From Thecamonas trahens ATCC 50062 (taxonomy: Eukaryota > Protista > Apusomonadida), in contig NW_013657679.1 of the NCBI RefSeq assembly GCF_000142905.1, positions 652,228-716,227 on the forward strand: a DNA stretch of 64,000 bases, read 5' to 3'. Position 1 is the stretch's first letter; each line of letters starts with the position of its first letter. The translations under genes were made by a program, and so were the position numbers. Below the pieces are notes generated by a model that searched no databases, had not been told where the DNA came from, and worked only from the letters and a program-made list of their open reading frames with translations. This document shows positions 1-12,106 of this stretch, piece after piece.

Positions 1-1
1 T

Positions 2-1651
2 GATCCGCTGACCAACAAGGGAACCGGCTTTCCCTTTGCTGAGCGCGAGCGTCTCAACATCCGTGGTCTCGTCCCGCCGGCCTACTTTCCGCCCGAGGCC
101 CAGATGGAGCGCATTCTCCGCTCGTACCACGCCATCGATCCTGCCAATGCCATTGAAAAGTACAACTTCCTCTCGGCGCTGCAGGATCGCAACGAGGTGC
201 TTTTCTATCGCATTCTCTCTGAAAACATCACAGAGATGGCGCCGATTGTGTACACGCCAACGGTCGGCGAGGCGTGCACCCAGTTCAACTCGATCTTCCG
301 CCGGCCGCGTGGCATGTTCTTCTCGGCCAAGGACCGGTACGAGATGTCGGCCATGGTGTACAACTGGCCGCACTCGGTCGATGTCATTGTGGTCACTGAC
401 GGCTCGCGCATTCTCGGCCTCGGTGACCTCGGCGTCGGTGGCATGGGCATTCCCATCGGCAAGCTTGCCCTCTACGTCGCCGCCGGTGGCATCCACCCGG
501 CCCGCACCATGCCGGCCATTCTCGACGTTGGCACCAACAACGAGGCCCTCCTTGCCGACCCGCTCTACCTCGGCCTCCGCCAGCCGCGGCTGACCGGCGA
601 GGACTACGACTCGCTCATGGACGAGCTCATGACCGCGCTCAAGTTCCGCTTCCCAGAAGCGCTCATCCAGTTTGAGGACTTTTCGAATGAGAACGCGGCC
701 CGCATCCTCTCCAAGTACCGCGACACCCACCTGTGCTTCAACGACGACATCCAGGGGACCGGGGCTGTCGCGCTTGCCGGCGTCCTCTCGGCCATCCGTA
801 AGCAGGGCTACGCCCCGCACCACCTGCCCAATCTCCGCATCGCCGTCCTCGGCGCTGGCTCGGCTGGCCTCGGCGTTGTCCAGTCGCTCATCAACGGCAT
901 GATTGAAGAGGGCGCCACGCCGGAGCAAGCCCACTCGGCCTTTTACCTCGTGGACGTCGACGGCCTCCTCGGCGCCGAGCGCAAGAAGCTCTCGCCGCTG
1001 CAGAAGCCGCTGGCGCGGACCGACCTGCCCGACGGCATGCCCATGCTCGACGTTGTCCGCAAGGTCAAGCCCGACGTCCTGCTCGGCCTCTCGGGCGTCT
1101 CGGGCGGTTTCACCGAGGAGATTGTCAAGGCCATGGCCAACTCGGTCCAGCACCCGATCATTTTCCCGATGAGCAATCCGTCGTCGAACACCGAGTGCAC
1201 ACCGGCTCAGGCCATCGAGTGGACCGACGGGCGCGCCCTTGTCGCCACGGGCTCGCCGTTTGAGGTGACCACGTACAAGGGCAAGCGGTTTGCCACCTCG
1301 CAGTGCAACAACTACGTGGCCTTCCCGGGCCTCGGCTTTGGCGCCATCGCCGCCAAGGCGTCCAAGGTCACCGACGGCATGCTCTACGCCACCGCCCGCG
1401 CCATCGCAGACTGTGTCACCGACGCCGACCTCGAGGCCGGCAAGCTCTTCCCCGACCCGGACGAGCTCCGTGAGACGTCGGCGCTCGTCGCCACTGCCGT
1501 CATCAAGCAGGCGCTTGCCGAGGGCATTGCCCAGCGCCCGGGCCTCGAGGGCCTCTCGGACGGCGACATCCACTCGCTCGTCCTGTCCAAGATGTGGGAG
1601 CCTGCGTACGTGACCCTTGTCGAGGACGCGCGTGCCGCCAAGCACCGGTAG
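2..1651 (+). CDS. NAD(P)-dependent malic enzyme (5' end outside window)
   Basis: Frame open from base 2 (DPLTNKGTGF..ERERLNIRGLVPP). Motifs PIVYTPTVGEAC, VVTDGSRILGLGDLG, LDVGTNN, FEDF, FNDDIQGTG, GAGSAGLG, MSNP, ATGSPF. Confidence 0.96.
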   Translation, partial: DPLTNKGTGFPFAERERLNIRGLVPPAYFPPEAQMERILRSYHAIDPANAIEKYNFLSALQDRNEVLFYRILSENITEMAPIVYTPTVGEACTQFNSIFRRPRGMFFSAKDRYEMSAMVYNWPHSVDVIVVTDGSRILGLGDLGVGGMGIPIGKLALYVAAGGIHPARTMPAILDVGTNNEALLADPLYLGLRQPRLTGEDYDSLMDELMTALKFRFPEALIQFEDFSNENAARILSKYRDTHLCFNDDIQGTGAVALAGVLSAIRKQGYAPHHLPNLRIAVLGAGSAGLGVVQSLINGMIEEGATPEQAHSAFYLVDVDGLLGAERKKLSPLQKPLARTDLPDGMPMLDVVRKVKPDVLLGLSGVSGGFTEEIVKAMANSVQHPIIFPMSNPSSNTECTPAQAIEWTDGRALVATGSPFEVTTYKGKRFATSQCNNYVAFPGLGFGAIAAKASKVTDGMLYATARAIADCVTDADLEAGKLFPDPDELRETSALVATAVIKQALAEGIAQRPGLEGLSDGDIHSLVLSKMWEPAYVTLVEDARAAKHR

Positions 1652-1690
1652 TAGAGTAAACTAGCCAAGATACCTAGCTCCTTTCTGTTG

Positions 1691-3288
1691 TTACTCACCG
1701 TCTGCAGCGTTTGCCGACTGCTTGGCCTTGTTCTTCTTGGCGATCCGCGCAAGCCGCTTCCGCTCCCGCTTGGCGGCAATGGCAGCGAGGGCGTTGTCGA
1801 CAAAGCCCAGGTTGGCGCGAAGGAGCTCGATCTCGCCAAGAATGAGGCGAGCAATGTCCTTGAACCGCGCCTCCTCCAGAAAGGCGTCTGGCGCGTCGAG
1901 GGCGCGGTTCGGCTTGGTGGCGAGAAGGTCGGCGACGAGGGCACGGATCGAGGTGTACGCCGCCTCGTCGTTGACAATCGAGACCGAGCCGCCCTCAAAC
2001 AGCTTGGCCCGGCGAGTCATGTCGTCCTTCGAGTCGATGCAGCCGAGGCGAACAAAGGCAACCATGTTCGGGTCGAGCATCTGCGCATTGAGGTAGAACT
2101 TGCAGACCGGCGCAATATTGAGCTGGCGGAGAACAAGCGGGTGGAGCCTGGCGATGGGGTCGGCGGGGTCGGCCGGCTCGCGCCCGGGAAGGGCGGCAAT
2201 GTCGAGCGTCACCTCATACGTGTCCCAGTGGTTGGCGTAGTGCGGGACAAAGCCCGAGTGGATGAGCAGGGCAGAGTTTGGCCGCGGGCCGTAGAAGATG
2301 GTGATCGGCTCGCCGGGTGCAAAGTCGCGCGGCGCCGTGGCCTCGAGGCCAGACGAGGCCATGTTGTAAAAGGTGGTGATGGCCGAGTCCGGCGACGCCC
2401 GTCGTGGTTGCACATGTCCCACACCGGGACAAGCGCAAGCTGCGTCTTCGTGTCCTTGTCGACCTGCGCGTCGACCAAGTTGCGGGTGAGGCCGCTGGAC
2501 GCCTTAGGCACGGCGTTCTGCCGAGTCGCCACCACGCCGAGCGCCCATGCAAAGTTGGCCCACGAGAACCGCCGGTGCGCAATCGAGAACGACGAGACCT
2601 TGTCCTGGAGGTACAGATACTGCCGGACCGCGGTCTTGAGGACGGCGTACGCCTCGCCAAGCGCGGGCGATCCGCCGGCCGCCAGCGCGCCAAACTCGCG
2701 GGTGCCCCAGTAGAGCGGCGTGTTAAATGACGCCGGGAGCGCCGCAATGTACGGTGCAAACTTGGAGGACTTACCATCCGTCGCCTCTTGCATGACGTGG
2801 AGCGCGAGGAGGAGCGAGGGGAAGGCCGAGATGACCTTGTCGTCCTTGGCAAACGGGCCGAGGTGCGGACAGGCCAGCGCCGTCTCCTCCGACATCATCA
2901 GCTTGGAGTGGACAAACACGATCTGCTCACCTGCAGCAATGGGCTTGTTGGCGACTAGCCCGTTGCCGGCCTCGCCATCGCCCACAGCGACGCCGAACCT
3001 CAGCTTGGCCTCCTCGCCGCCATCGAGCTCGACCACAAACTTGCTCACCAGCCAGTCTGTGAGCTGAGCAAAGGCATCATCATCGGGATCTTCGCCGCGA
3101 AGCAGCGGCACATTCTCCTGAGTCTTCTTCAGCTCCGCTACCAGCCGAGCCAGAGCCACAGCTTCACCCTCCGTCGTCGTCTCCTTGATAATCTCCTCCC
3201 CATTGTCGTCGTACACCGGAGCTGCCGTCTTGACTCCCACCGCGAGCTCGAGCTTCTCCAGAAGCGTCTCCATGCTGCTCGCCGCCAT
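1691..3288 (-). CDS. SET-domain methyltransferase, SETD3/Rubisco-LSMT-like; apparent 1-nt frameshift at ~2398-2400
   Basis: GNGLVA, SKFAPYIAALP, WALGVVATRQN and LVPVWDMCNH in ORF 2209..3288. Continues as GEPITIFYGPRPNSALLIHSGFV plus an LSMT substrate-binding domain in ORF 1691..2422. One extra G (GAC GGG GCG TCG) joins the two. Confidence 0.85.
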
Positions 3289-3606
3289 CTCTCACCCTTT
3301 CTTCTTCTTGCCTTTCCTTCTTCCCTACAGAGTCGGGTCTACTTTGTGCTCCCCCTCTCACCGCCTTGGCCTTCCACCTCTCCCTCTCCCCCCGGAGCTC
3401 GCCACTCACTCGAATCGGGCTGTGTTTTGGCGCTGACTTGAGCCATCTGTCCGACTCTGGCTTCTGAAGCACGGATTTTTGCACGCGCGTATCATGGGGG
3501 GAGAGGGGGGGGGGGTACACATTATGGCTGACCGAGTCATTGTCATCGTCATACTAGACGGGCTGGTATGCTTGTAGAATTGGATTATTACGCATGGTAG
3601 TGCGTA

Positions 3607-3730
3607 CGATGATGATGATGGTGGTGATGATCGTGATGATCGTGATGATGGTCATGGGCTGTCCATGACCGGGTGATGGAGGTAGCAGCCGTATCGATGA
3701 TGATGATGATGTAGTAGCGATGATGATCAT
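3607..3730. repeat. (GAT)n/GATCGT low-complexity microsatellite
   Basis: Runs of gatgatgat and gatcgtgatgatcgtgat in intergenic DNA. Confidence 0.8.
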
Positions 3731-3791
3731 CACCCCCACCTCTACTGCGGCTGTCACCAGCACGTGGGGAGCCAAGTACCTTCATTTTCGC

Positions 3792-4214
3792 NNNNNNNNN
3801 NNNNNNNNNNNNNNNNNNNNNNNNNNNNNNNNNNNNNNNNNNNNNNNNNNNNNNNNNNNNNNNNNNNNNNNNNNNNNNNNNNNNNNNNNNNNNNNNNNNN
3901 NNNNNNNNNNNNNNNNNNNNNNNNNNNNNNNNNNNNNNNNNNNNNNNNNNNNNNNNNNNNNNNNNNNNNNNNNNNNNNNNNNNNNNNNNNNNNNNNNNNN
4001 NNNNNNNNNNNNNNNNNNNNNNNNNNNNNNNNNNNNNNNNNNNNNNNNNNNNNNNNNNNNNNNNNNNNNNNNNNNNNNNNNNNNNNNNNNNNNNNNNNNN
4101 NNNNNNNNNNNNNNNNNNNNNNNNNNNNNNNNNNNNNNNNNNNNNNNNNNNNNNNNNNNNNNNNNNNNNNNNNNNNNNNNNNNNNNNNNNNNNNNNNNNN
4201 NNNNNNNNNNNNNN
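3792..4214. other. assembly gap
   Basis: Run of N. Confidence 1.
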
Positions 4215-4287
4215 GGGCAAAACTTTCCACTCCTCACCTCACTCCCCCCCCCCCCCCCCTTCCCCGCTCCCCTGTCGCTCTTCACAC

Positions 4288-5433
4288 ATGGCTGTGTTCT
4301 CGAAAGCGGCCTTTGGCTGCTGCTACGTGGTGGCCGTCCTCGTCGTCTTCTCGCTGCTCTTCTTCCCGCTGGCCTGGTTCTGGCCACAGTGGAATCTAGA
4401 TCATGAAGGGCATGACGATTGTGTGGTTTCTGAACCAATTATTGATGACTACACTCTTCAGTTCAAAGTCACCCTCACCGTCGATGGCATCACGTACTAC
4501 AACGTTACTGCAGGTTGGGATCTCGAAGACCGGCCCATGGGCGCATGGTCGTGCAGGTCCGTCTCGGACAATCTTGGCGAAAAGTTCCAGAAGCACATGC
4601 AAGTCGGCGATCGGTTGACGTGTTGGACCAAAAAGGGCGCCATCAAGGCTGGGACCACACAGGCGTCGGACATCCGGGTTCTTGTCTGGCCCGAGCTCGT
4701 CCGCAACTGTTGGATCCGCTACGCCATGGCGTCCTGGGTCGTCTCGTCGGTCATGATTCTTGGCGGCCTGCTGCTCCTCACCATCAAGCTCTGCGAGATT
4801 TCCGACCGCCCGGCATCCGACGCGTACCAAGACCTAACCCAGTGCTGCGTCGTCTTTGGCCGCTCGCAGATGCTCATCTGGATTGCTATTGCTTTTGCCA
4901 TCTTTCTCGGCTGCTACTTTGGAGTCGTCTTTCCACGCATTGCCGACAAGGCCACGTGCCGGGTCAATGACAAGGGCCGCCGTATCGAGTGTTTCATGTG
5001 CTGGAATGCCAAGGACGGCCACCGTGGCCCCCAGGCGACCATCAACTGGTGCTCAAAGACCTCGATGTGCAAGGCCTCGCTCCTCGGTGACGGCTCGCTC
5101 TACCGCGCCTGGGTCGCCGTCGACTACGCCATCGAAGGCAAGCTCTACTCGGCCATTGCCGACTGGGACGTCCGCGGCTCGCTCGAGTCGCTCAAATCAA
5201 AGCTCTTCGCCAAGGGCAAGAAGGAGAAGGTTGAGCCGTTCCTCAACGGCATTACTGTCGGCTCGGAGATCGACTGCTGGGTCACCCGCTACTCGAACCG
5301 CGTCTACCTTCGCGACCCGTCCAAGCAAGGCTCATATGTTGCCGCCCTTGTCTGCGGCATCATTTTCTTTATCGTCGCCATGGGCATTGCCATGTGCTTC
5401 TGCCTTGGCGACCACATGTACCCTTGGCTGTGA
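4288..5433 (+). CDS. 4-TM membrane protein with an internally duplicated TM-loop-TM module (DUF3592/BK-beta-like topology)
   Basis: Four hydrophobic helices. Two similar Cys-containing loops: VDGITYY..AGWD..QVGDRLTCW and IEGKLYS..ADWD..TVGSEIDCW. Confidence 0.7.
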   Translation: MAVFSKAAFGCCYVVAVLVVFSLLFFPLAWFWPQWNLDHEGHDDCVVSEPIIDDYTLQFKVTLTVDGITYYNVTAGWDLEDRPMGAWSCRSVSDNLGEKFQKHMQVGDRLTCWTKKGAIKAGTTQASDIRVLVWPELVRNCWIRYAMASWVVSSVMILGGLLLLTIKLCEISDRPASDAYQDLTQCCVVFGRSQMLIWIAIAFAIFLGCYFGVVFPRIADKATCRVNDKGRRIECFMCWNAKDGHRGPQATINWCSKTSMCKASLLGDGSLYRAWVAVDYAIEGKLYSAIADWDVRGSLESLKSKLFAKGKKEKVEPFLNGITVGSEIDCWVTRYSNRVYLRDPSKQGSYVAALVCGIIFFIVAMGIAMCFCLGDHMYPWL

Positions 5434-5479
5434 CACTCAACTGCGCGCCTCAATTGAACACCACACCACGCCCATCCCA

Positions 5480-8400
5480 TCAATGGCCAAAGTCGAGCAT
5501 GACCACGCCGTGGTCCCGGTCCGAGTAGAGCCAGACGATGGCGACGTGCGGCGAGAGGTCATCGAGCAAGGAGTACATCTTGTCGAGGAGGACACGGTAC
5601 TTGCCGTGCCGCCGGCGAAGCTCAACCCGGGCCGTCGCCACGTTGGCTCGGCTTGTGTTTGTCGCTGCGTCGTAGAGGACCGAGCCCGGAATCTTGGGCA
5701 TCGCCACCAGGACCATGGCCTCGGGCTCGATCGTCGCGCCGAGCAGAGCCAGCCGCTTGGCCAGCACGCCGCGCGCCCGGCCGATCATCTCGGCCTCACT
5801 GGACCCGCCCGGGCCGGCGCTCTTGGTCACCGCGTGGGCAGCAACGGCGTCGACATCAACGCTGGCCGGTCGAGCGGACTTGGGCGACGGCACCGGCTCG
5901 CGCGACGGCGGTGGCGCGGCATGTGCCGGCGGCGGCGCAGCGTGCATCGCCTCGAGAGCAGCAAGGCTAGGGTTGAGCACGCCGGCAGCCGCGCACTGCG
6001 CCATGGCGTCGGTCCGCACCCGCCGGATGATGGTGGCGGCGACGACAGGATCGGGCGCAATCGGCGCCTCCTTGAGAATGGCCACGTCAACCAGTCGGAG
6101 CGAGACGCTGCGATCGCGGAGGCCGGCCTTGGACTCGGGCGGCTTGTCGACAAGGAGCAAGTACGGCACCAGGTTGGCCTTGGCCTCTTCGGCGGCGTGC
6201 GCAATCGAGACCGCCTCGTCGTATGCAAGCGTGGCCGCCACTCCGTTGTGCCGCAGCTGGTCGGCAACCCATAGCCGGAGGCGGGTGAGGTGGGCGCGAA
6301 GCCGCGACGAGCGCTTGTTGCCCTCTGGCGGCGCAAGGGTCACGACCATGGCATCGGCGGTGACCGCGAGCACGTCCTTGCCAAGCACTGCGGCTCTTGC
6401 GCGCAGCACCTCGGCACGCGGGCCAGAAACATCAGCGGCGGCTAGGCCGGAGCCGGTTCCGGCGGCGTCGGCCACCACCATCGAGGTTGAGCGGGCGAGC
6501 TTGTTGCGGCGCTTCTTCCGTCGCCGGCGCATGCTCTGATCCATCGAGGCCATGGTTCCGAGGTCGGCGTTGACCGAGGTCGACGACACAATGCGCCGCG
6601 AGGCACCGCCGGCCTGGTCCGACACCACCCGCCGCTGCCGCATGGTAACCAGCGCACCGACGTCGGCCATCGACTCGTGGAGCTGCTCGTACACGACACT
6701 CGCCAGCTTTTGGACGTACACGACCGAGCCGAGGGCGACGGCCGAGACTGGCGCAAGCTCCTCCGAGTACGCCACCAAGTTGACGAGGCGAGTGTACTCG
6801 CCGCCACGGGCAAGGACGGCCCAGCGCGGCGGCTCGTGCTTGGTCGCGCCAGGCACCGACTTGGCGAGCGCGTACATGATGCCCGAGTGGGCCTGGTAGC
6901 CCGCCAAACAAGTGAGGTCCAGAAGGATCGGCAGCTCCCAGCCCATGTACGACGCGTGATCGTGGACCATGCGGAGGCAGGCAAAGACCGGCGCGAGCGC
7001 GGGCACCAGCTCCACGAGCGGGTGCAGCTGCGAGAGCATGAGCGCGAGCGGGCCGCGGAGACCCTGGCCCAGCATCGAGTCGAGCTGGCTAAGTGCAGCA
7101 GGCGTCAGCTTGGGCATCACGTCCGGCAAGAGCGTGCGAAGCAGCGGCCAGCCGCCGGCGCCGTGCTCGCTAAATGCAGTCGCGAGCGGCGAGAGCATCG
7201 ACGCCGGCACACCAGCGAGCGAGGCAATCGACTCAAAGAGCGCCACGTGGTTGACATACAGCGCGTAGCCTTCGAGGTGTGGCGAAAAGGCGGAGACCAT
7301 CTCGTCGAAAACACCGAGAAGCTCAACAAGCGCGCCGACAATCGGCGGGCGGTCGGCCGGCATGGCGCGCATCGACTTGAACGAGGCCGAGAGGTGCGGC
7401 GTGGTGCCGGGCATGCCGCCGACAAACTGAGGGCCGAGAGGGTATGCTGCGGGCTGCCACGGGTCGGCTTCCTCTTCGGCCGCGCTCCGCTCTGGGACTG
7501 GAACAACAATGTCAAAGGTGTAGCCGAGCTCAAAGCCGGCGGCGGTGGTGGCCGAGACGTGGCGCGGCGGTGGCGGTTTGTCGTCGACAGCCTGCGAGCT
7601 TGCCGCGGAGCCGCTTGCGGCCGGCGCGTCGGGCGCGGCCGACTTGGTAGGCGGCGCCGAGTACATTTGCCCGACGCCGTGGCGGCGAAAGTCGGTGACA
7701 CGGTGGCGGGCAATAAAGCGGGCAAAGGGTGTGGTGAGTGAGGCCGGGAGATGGAGGATCTGGCCAGTCGAGTCGATGAACCGGTGCTTGGCGGCGTGGT
7801 CGAGGTCCGACGCGAGCAGCTCAAAGCCGAGCTGGGCGTAGAGGACCGGGACTTCGACGCGGACCATGCCGTGCGACGAGCCGAGCGAAGCGAGGACGTC
7901 GACAATGCGGGTGAGAAGCGTCGAGTGGAAGCGGCGCTTGGCGGCGTGATGGAGGCCCGACTTGGACGACGAGACCGAAGGCGGGTTGGTGACGCGGTCA
8001 TGGGCGGCAAAGACAAAGAGTGACTCGAGAAGGGCACGGCGGTACTTGGACTGCTCCTTGGCGGCGATGACGTCGATGACTTGTGAGACAAGCATGTCTT
8101 CTTCACGAATGGGCATGTGCTCGGAGCGGAGGACCTGGGCGGCGGTGGGGCGGGCGGCGGCGTCGGCCTGGGTGAGGGCGAGGACGAGTGCGGCAACCGA
8201 GGGCCACTCGTCGGCAAAGGCTTGCGGGAGCTGGTGGGCCTCGCGGAGGCGTGAGATGGTGATGACCCGATCTGTGCCCGAGGTGAAGGGCAGGAAGAGC
8301 TCGAGGAGGATGATGCCGAGTGCGTACATGTCCACGGCTTCGGTGTAGGTGGCCGACGTTGCCGACGTAACTTCTGGTGCGCGGTAGATGGGCGTACCGA

Positions 8401-11400
8401 TGCCGCGGGTCATGTTGTCGTCGGCGCCGCTCAGCTCGAGTTCGTGGATCATCATGTCCGGGTCGGGCAAGAGTGTGCCGAGTTCGCCGAGCTCGTCAGC
8501 CTCGTGGACTGGGGCGAGTGTAGTGCCCGAGGTGCTGGCAAGCGGCGGGGCGGCTGGGGCGGGCGTGGGCACGTTGTCGGTGGCGAGACCAAAGTCGCCG
8601 AGCTTGACCACCGAGTTCATGTCGAGGAACACGTTGTCGGGCTTGAGGTCACGGTGGATGATGCCCATCTCGTGGAGGTAGGCAAGACCCTCGGTGATCT
8701 GGCGGAGGAGCTTCCACTTTTCGTCGGTAGTGAGGATGGCCTCGTCGATGAGGGTCCTCAGCGTGCGGTGCGAGCAGTACTCCATCTGGATAAAGAGGCA
8801 CTGTCGCTGGCGAGCGGCGGGGACGCCAAAGGCGAGGCCGGCACGGTTGGTCTCCAGGACGGTCTCGTTGAGATTGTCGTCATCGTTGTTGTCGTCGTCA
8901 TCGCGGGCACCTCCTCCAAACTGAATGAGGTCGCTCGGCAGGTTGGCCGCAGGCTCACCGTCGTCGTCCGAGTAGTACTCGTACTCGTCGTCGGCCGAGA
9001 TGTGACCGTGGACGCCTCCTCCAAAGACAACAGCGTCTTGGTCAGCGTCATCGTCCGAGTAATCGTCCGAGTACTCGGAGCCCGAGGCGAGCGAGCCGGC
9101 GGCGGCCGAGAGGGTGGTGTCAAAGGAGAAGCGGGCGATGTTGTCCATCGAGGCCGAGGGCGTGATGGGGTTGGCGAGCGGCGAAAAGGCAAAGTCAAAC
9201 GGCTTTGAAGCATCAGGCTCTGCGCCGGGAAAGGCGAGCAGGCCGCGAGCCGAGTCAAGGGCGTCAGCCGGGTCTGCCGGCGAGTCGGAGGTGTCGTCGT
9301 CCGAGTACGACGGGTCGGCGTAGTCCGAGTACCCGGGCTCGATGTCGGCCTCGTCGACGTACTCGATCCAGGCCTGAAAGTAGCGGACGACGTACTGGTG
9401 GTTGAGCTTTGAGAGGGTGATGACCTCGCGGCGGATCTTGGAGTCTGTAACCGAGTCAAAGCCGTCGAGAACAACCTTTTTGACGGCGTAAAGGCGGCCG
9501 TCGAGCCGGTTGCGGACTTTCCAGACCGAGCCAAAGCCGCCCTTGCCGAGCATGCCGATTTCCTCAAAGTCGGCGGCATAGCGCGAGTAGCCGCTCGCAC
9601 CCGCCGTCAGCGGCAAGGTGCCTCCGGGCGAGCCGATCGGGTGCGGCGTCGTGTTGGAGAGGAGCGATGAGTCTCCTGGCGACTGGGAGGGGAAGAAGGC
9701 GCGCATGGTGGGCGAGAGGCCGGTGCCCGAGTCAAAGCCAAGTGACGAGGCGTTGGACGAGACGCGGAGGTGGCCGCCAGGCGGGGTGGCGGCCGGCGAC
9801 TCGAGGTCTGCCAGCCACGGATGAGCGAGTAGCGACTCGATCGAGGTGGCGGAGACGAGGCGAGTTGCCGACTTTCGGCGGGCGGGTGCAAGGGTGCCGA
9901 CCGAGAAGCAGGCCTCGAGAAATGAGACCGCGAGCGGCGAGGCGCCCGGCGGCGAGGGCGGAACCTGCTTGCGGGCGGCAGACTGCGGCGGGGCTGGCAC
10001 ACCGGAGAGGAGCTCGGAAACAAGAATGCCGAGCGCCCAGACGTCGCGGGCGAGTGCGGCGGCGGCGGCGTCGATGCGGCGGGAGAGGGCTGATGAGCCC
10101 GGCCCGGCCCGCGACGACGACCGCGACGAGCGGTCGAGGCTTGCGGCGTCGTCAGACGAGGTGAGCATGTCGAGCATGGGCTGGAGGCCGTAGCCCCAGA
10201 GCTTGATGCGACCGTTGGTATTAACGACAGTGGCGGCGGAGAGGAGGCCATGCGAGAAACCGGCGGCCGAGAGAGCGGCAAGGGCGTCGAGGATTTGGGC
10301 GACAAGCGGGCGGACAACGAGCTCAGAAAACGCGTGTCCGGTAAACGCCGAGAGGGCGACCGAGACCTCAAAGTCGGCCATGGCCAGCGTGGCAGTGTGT
10401 GCGCTCGTGTCAAGGAAAGCGTCACGCCAAGGCACAAGCGCCGGGTGGGTGATGAGCGACGGCATGGCAGACAGTTCCTTGACGCGGAGGGTGAGCGAGG
10501 AGGCGAGCATGAGGTCGACGACCGGCGAGAGCTGCATGTCGATGAGGACGACAGGCACGCCGGCGTTGGAGGCACCGTGGCTAAGGGCGGCAAAAAAGTC
10601 CGGAATGTGCGGGACGTGGACGCTTTCGGAGCGCGAGTAGACCGGGGCGCGCTTGCGCGGCGAGGCGTGCGGAGTGTTCTCGGTTGACGAGATGGGCGAC
10701 GAGCCGGCCGAACCATGTGGCGAGGCCGACGACGGAGCTCCGCCGGCATCGGGCCCGCCCTGGGAGGGAACCAGGACGCGAAGATTGATCTTGCGGGCGG
10801 CACGCGGGCGGGGGGGCGTGCCGAGGTTCCGACCGCTGTCCAGTTGAGGCCAGACGGGTCGGTAGCTGCGACCGGCTCGTGATGGGCGGCGCGGAGCGCG
10901 GGCGAGGCTGGCGAGCGAAGCATGGGCGAGGCTACAACCGGAACAGGCGAGGCTAGAGGCGACGGACCGTCGTCTGGAGCCGACGAGGCAAACGGCGGGC
11001 GTGACGGCGAAGCGACAGTCTTTGTCCGCTCGAGCATTTCCTCGCGGAGCGAGCGGGCCTCGGTATTGTGCTCGGAGACGTAGTTGCGGAGCTCAGAGGC
11101 GAGATCAAAGATGACAACGTCGCCAGTCGCCAGAGCCTCGTCGATGAGCGGAACGAGAAGGTCGTTCATGATCTTCTCGCAGTCTGCCTCGTCAGCGCCT
11201 TTGAGCGGAACGAGATCGACATGAGGACGTTGCCAGGGATAAGAGCGCGAGTATCGAACAATGAGCTTGAGCGCAGTATGAACACCGGGAGTGTTCTCTG
11301 GATCAGAACCAGGAGGCGCATCCGGAGGCAGAATGGTAATGGCAAAGTGAGCAGGTGAGGTATCGGAGACTCTCTCCAGTTCGTCACCAAAGACCGACTC

Positions 11401-11486
11401 GAGGACCACCAGCTCGTCCGCTTGCTTGCTCCCTGGAGATGCCGACGCGTCTTCCGGCACAAGTCCCCCCTCAGTGTGGTGGCCAT
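5480..11486 (-). CDS. GCN2: eIF2-alpha kinase GCN2 (RWD, pseudokinase, kinase, degenerate HisRS-like, C-terminal domain); two apparent frameshifts (~11465-11470 and ~10810-10845)
   Basis: RWD ([23 protein letters not shown]). Kinase motifs [83 protein letters not shown] in the HisRS-like part. ATG at 11486 in a CACCATGG context. Confidence 0.9.
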
Positions 11487-11504
11487 GGTGATTTTGGGAG
11501 GATA

Positions 11505-11560
11505 GGTGGGGAGGGGTGGTGGGTGGGTGGGTGGGTGGGTGGGTGGTGGTGGTGGTGTGA
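11505..11560 (+). repeat. (GGGT)n/(GGT)n G-rich tract with G-quadruplex potential, just upstream of GCN2
   Basis: gggtgggtgggtgggtgggtgggtggtggtggt seen directly. Confidence 0.75.
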
Positions 11561-12106
11561 CCTGTGTTTGTCAAGTTGTGGTGACTGACTTTGACGTGGC
11601 GGGGGGGCGCGGGGGGTGAACGGGAGAAAGGGGAGGGGGTGGGGGAAGGGAAGGCAAATCAAGTGCGACGTGGCTGCAGTGGTTGTGACGGCTGGAGCCT
11701 GTAATTGGATATCTATGTATGTATGTAGATCCCGGATCGATATCGATCGATACCTCCTTATCAGGATGGGCCTATGTCATGGCCTGTGGAGATTGTGTAG
11801 ATGGCGGGGAAGGGGGTGGGTGCCCAAGGCATGCATGACATCATCGTTCCAGTGTCTCGTCATCTCCGATGAGAGTCGGGACTCGGAGTCCGAGTCTGGA
11901 CGGAGCCGACGCGGTGGCAGTGACAGTGTGGCAAGTGGCCGGCCCACGACTTGTCTGCCGACCAATCAAGGAGACCATGAGCGATAGTCAGGACGCAGGA
12001 CGGAGTGTGACTCTCGGTACGCAGGGCCTGCCATGTATTCCCCGCCTCATCAATGGCATGCCATATGATTGATGTGGTTGTCAGAACTGTTGCGTGGAAC
12101 GTAGCC

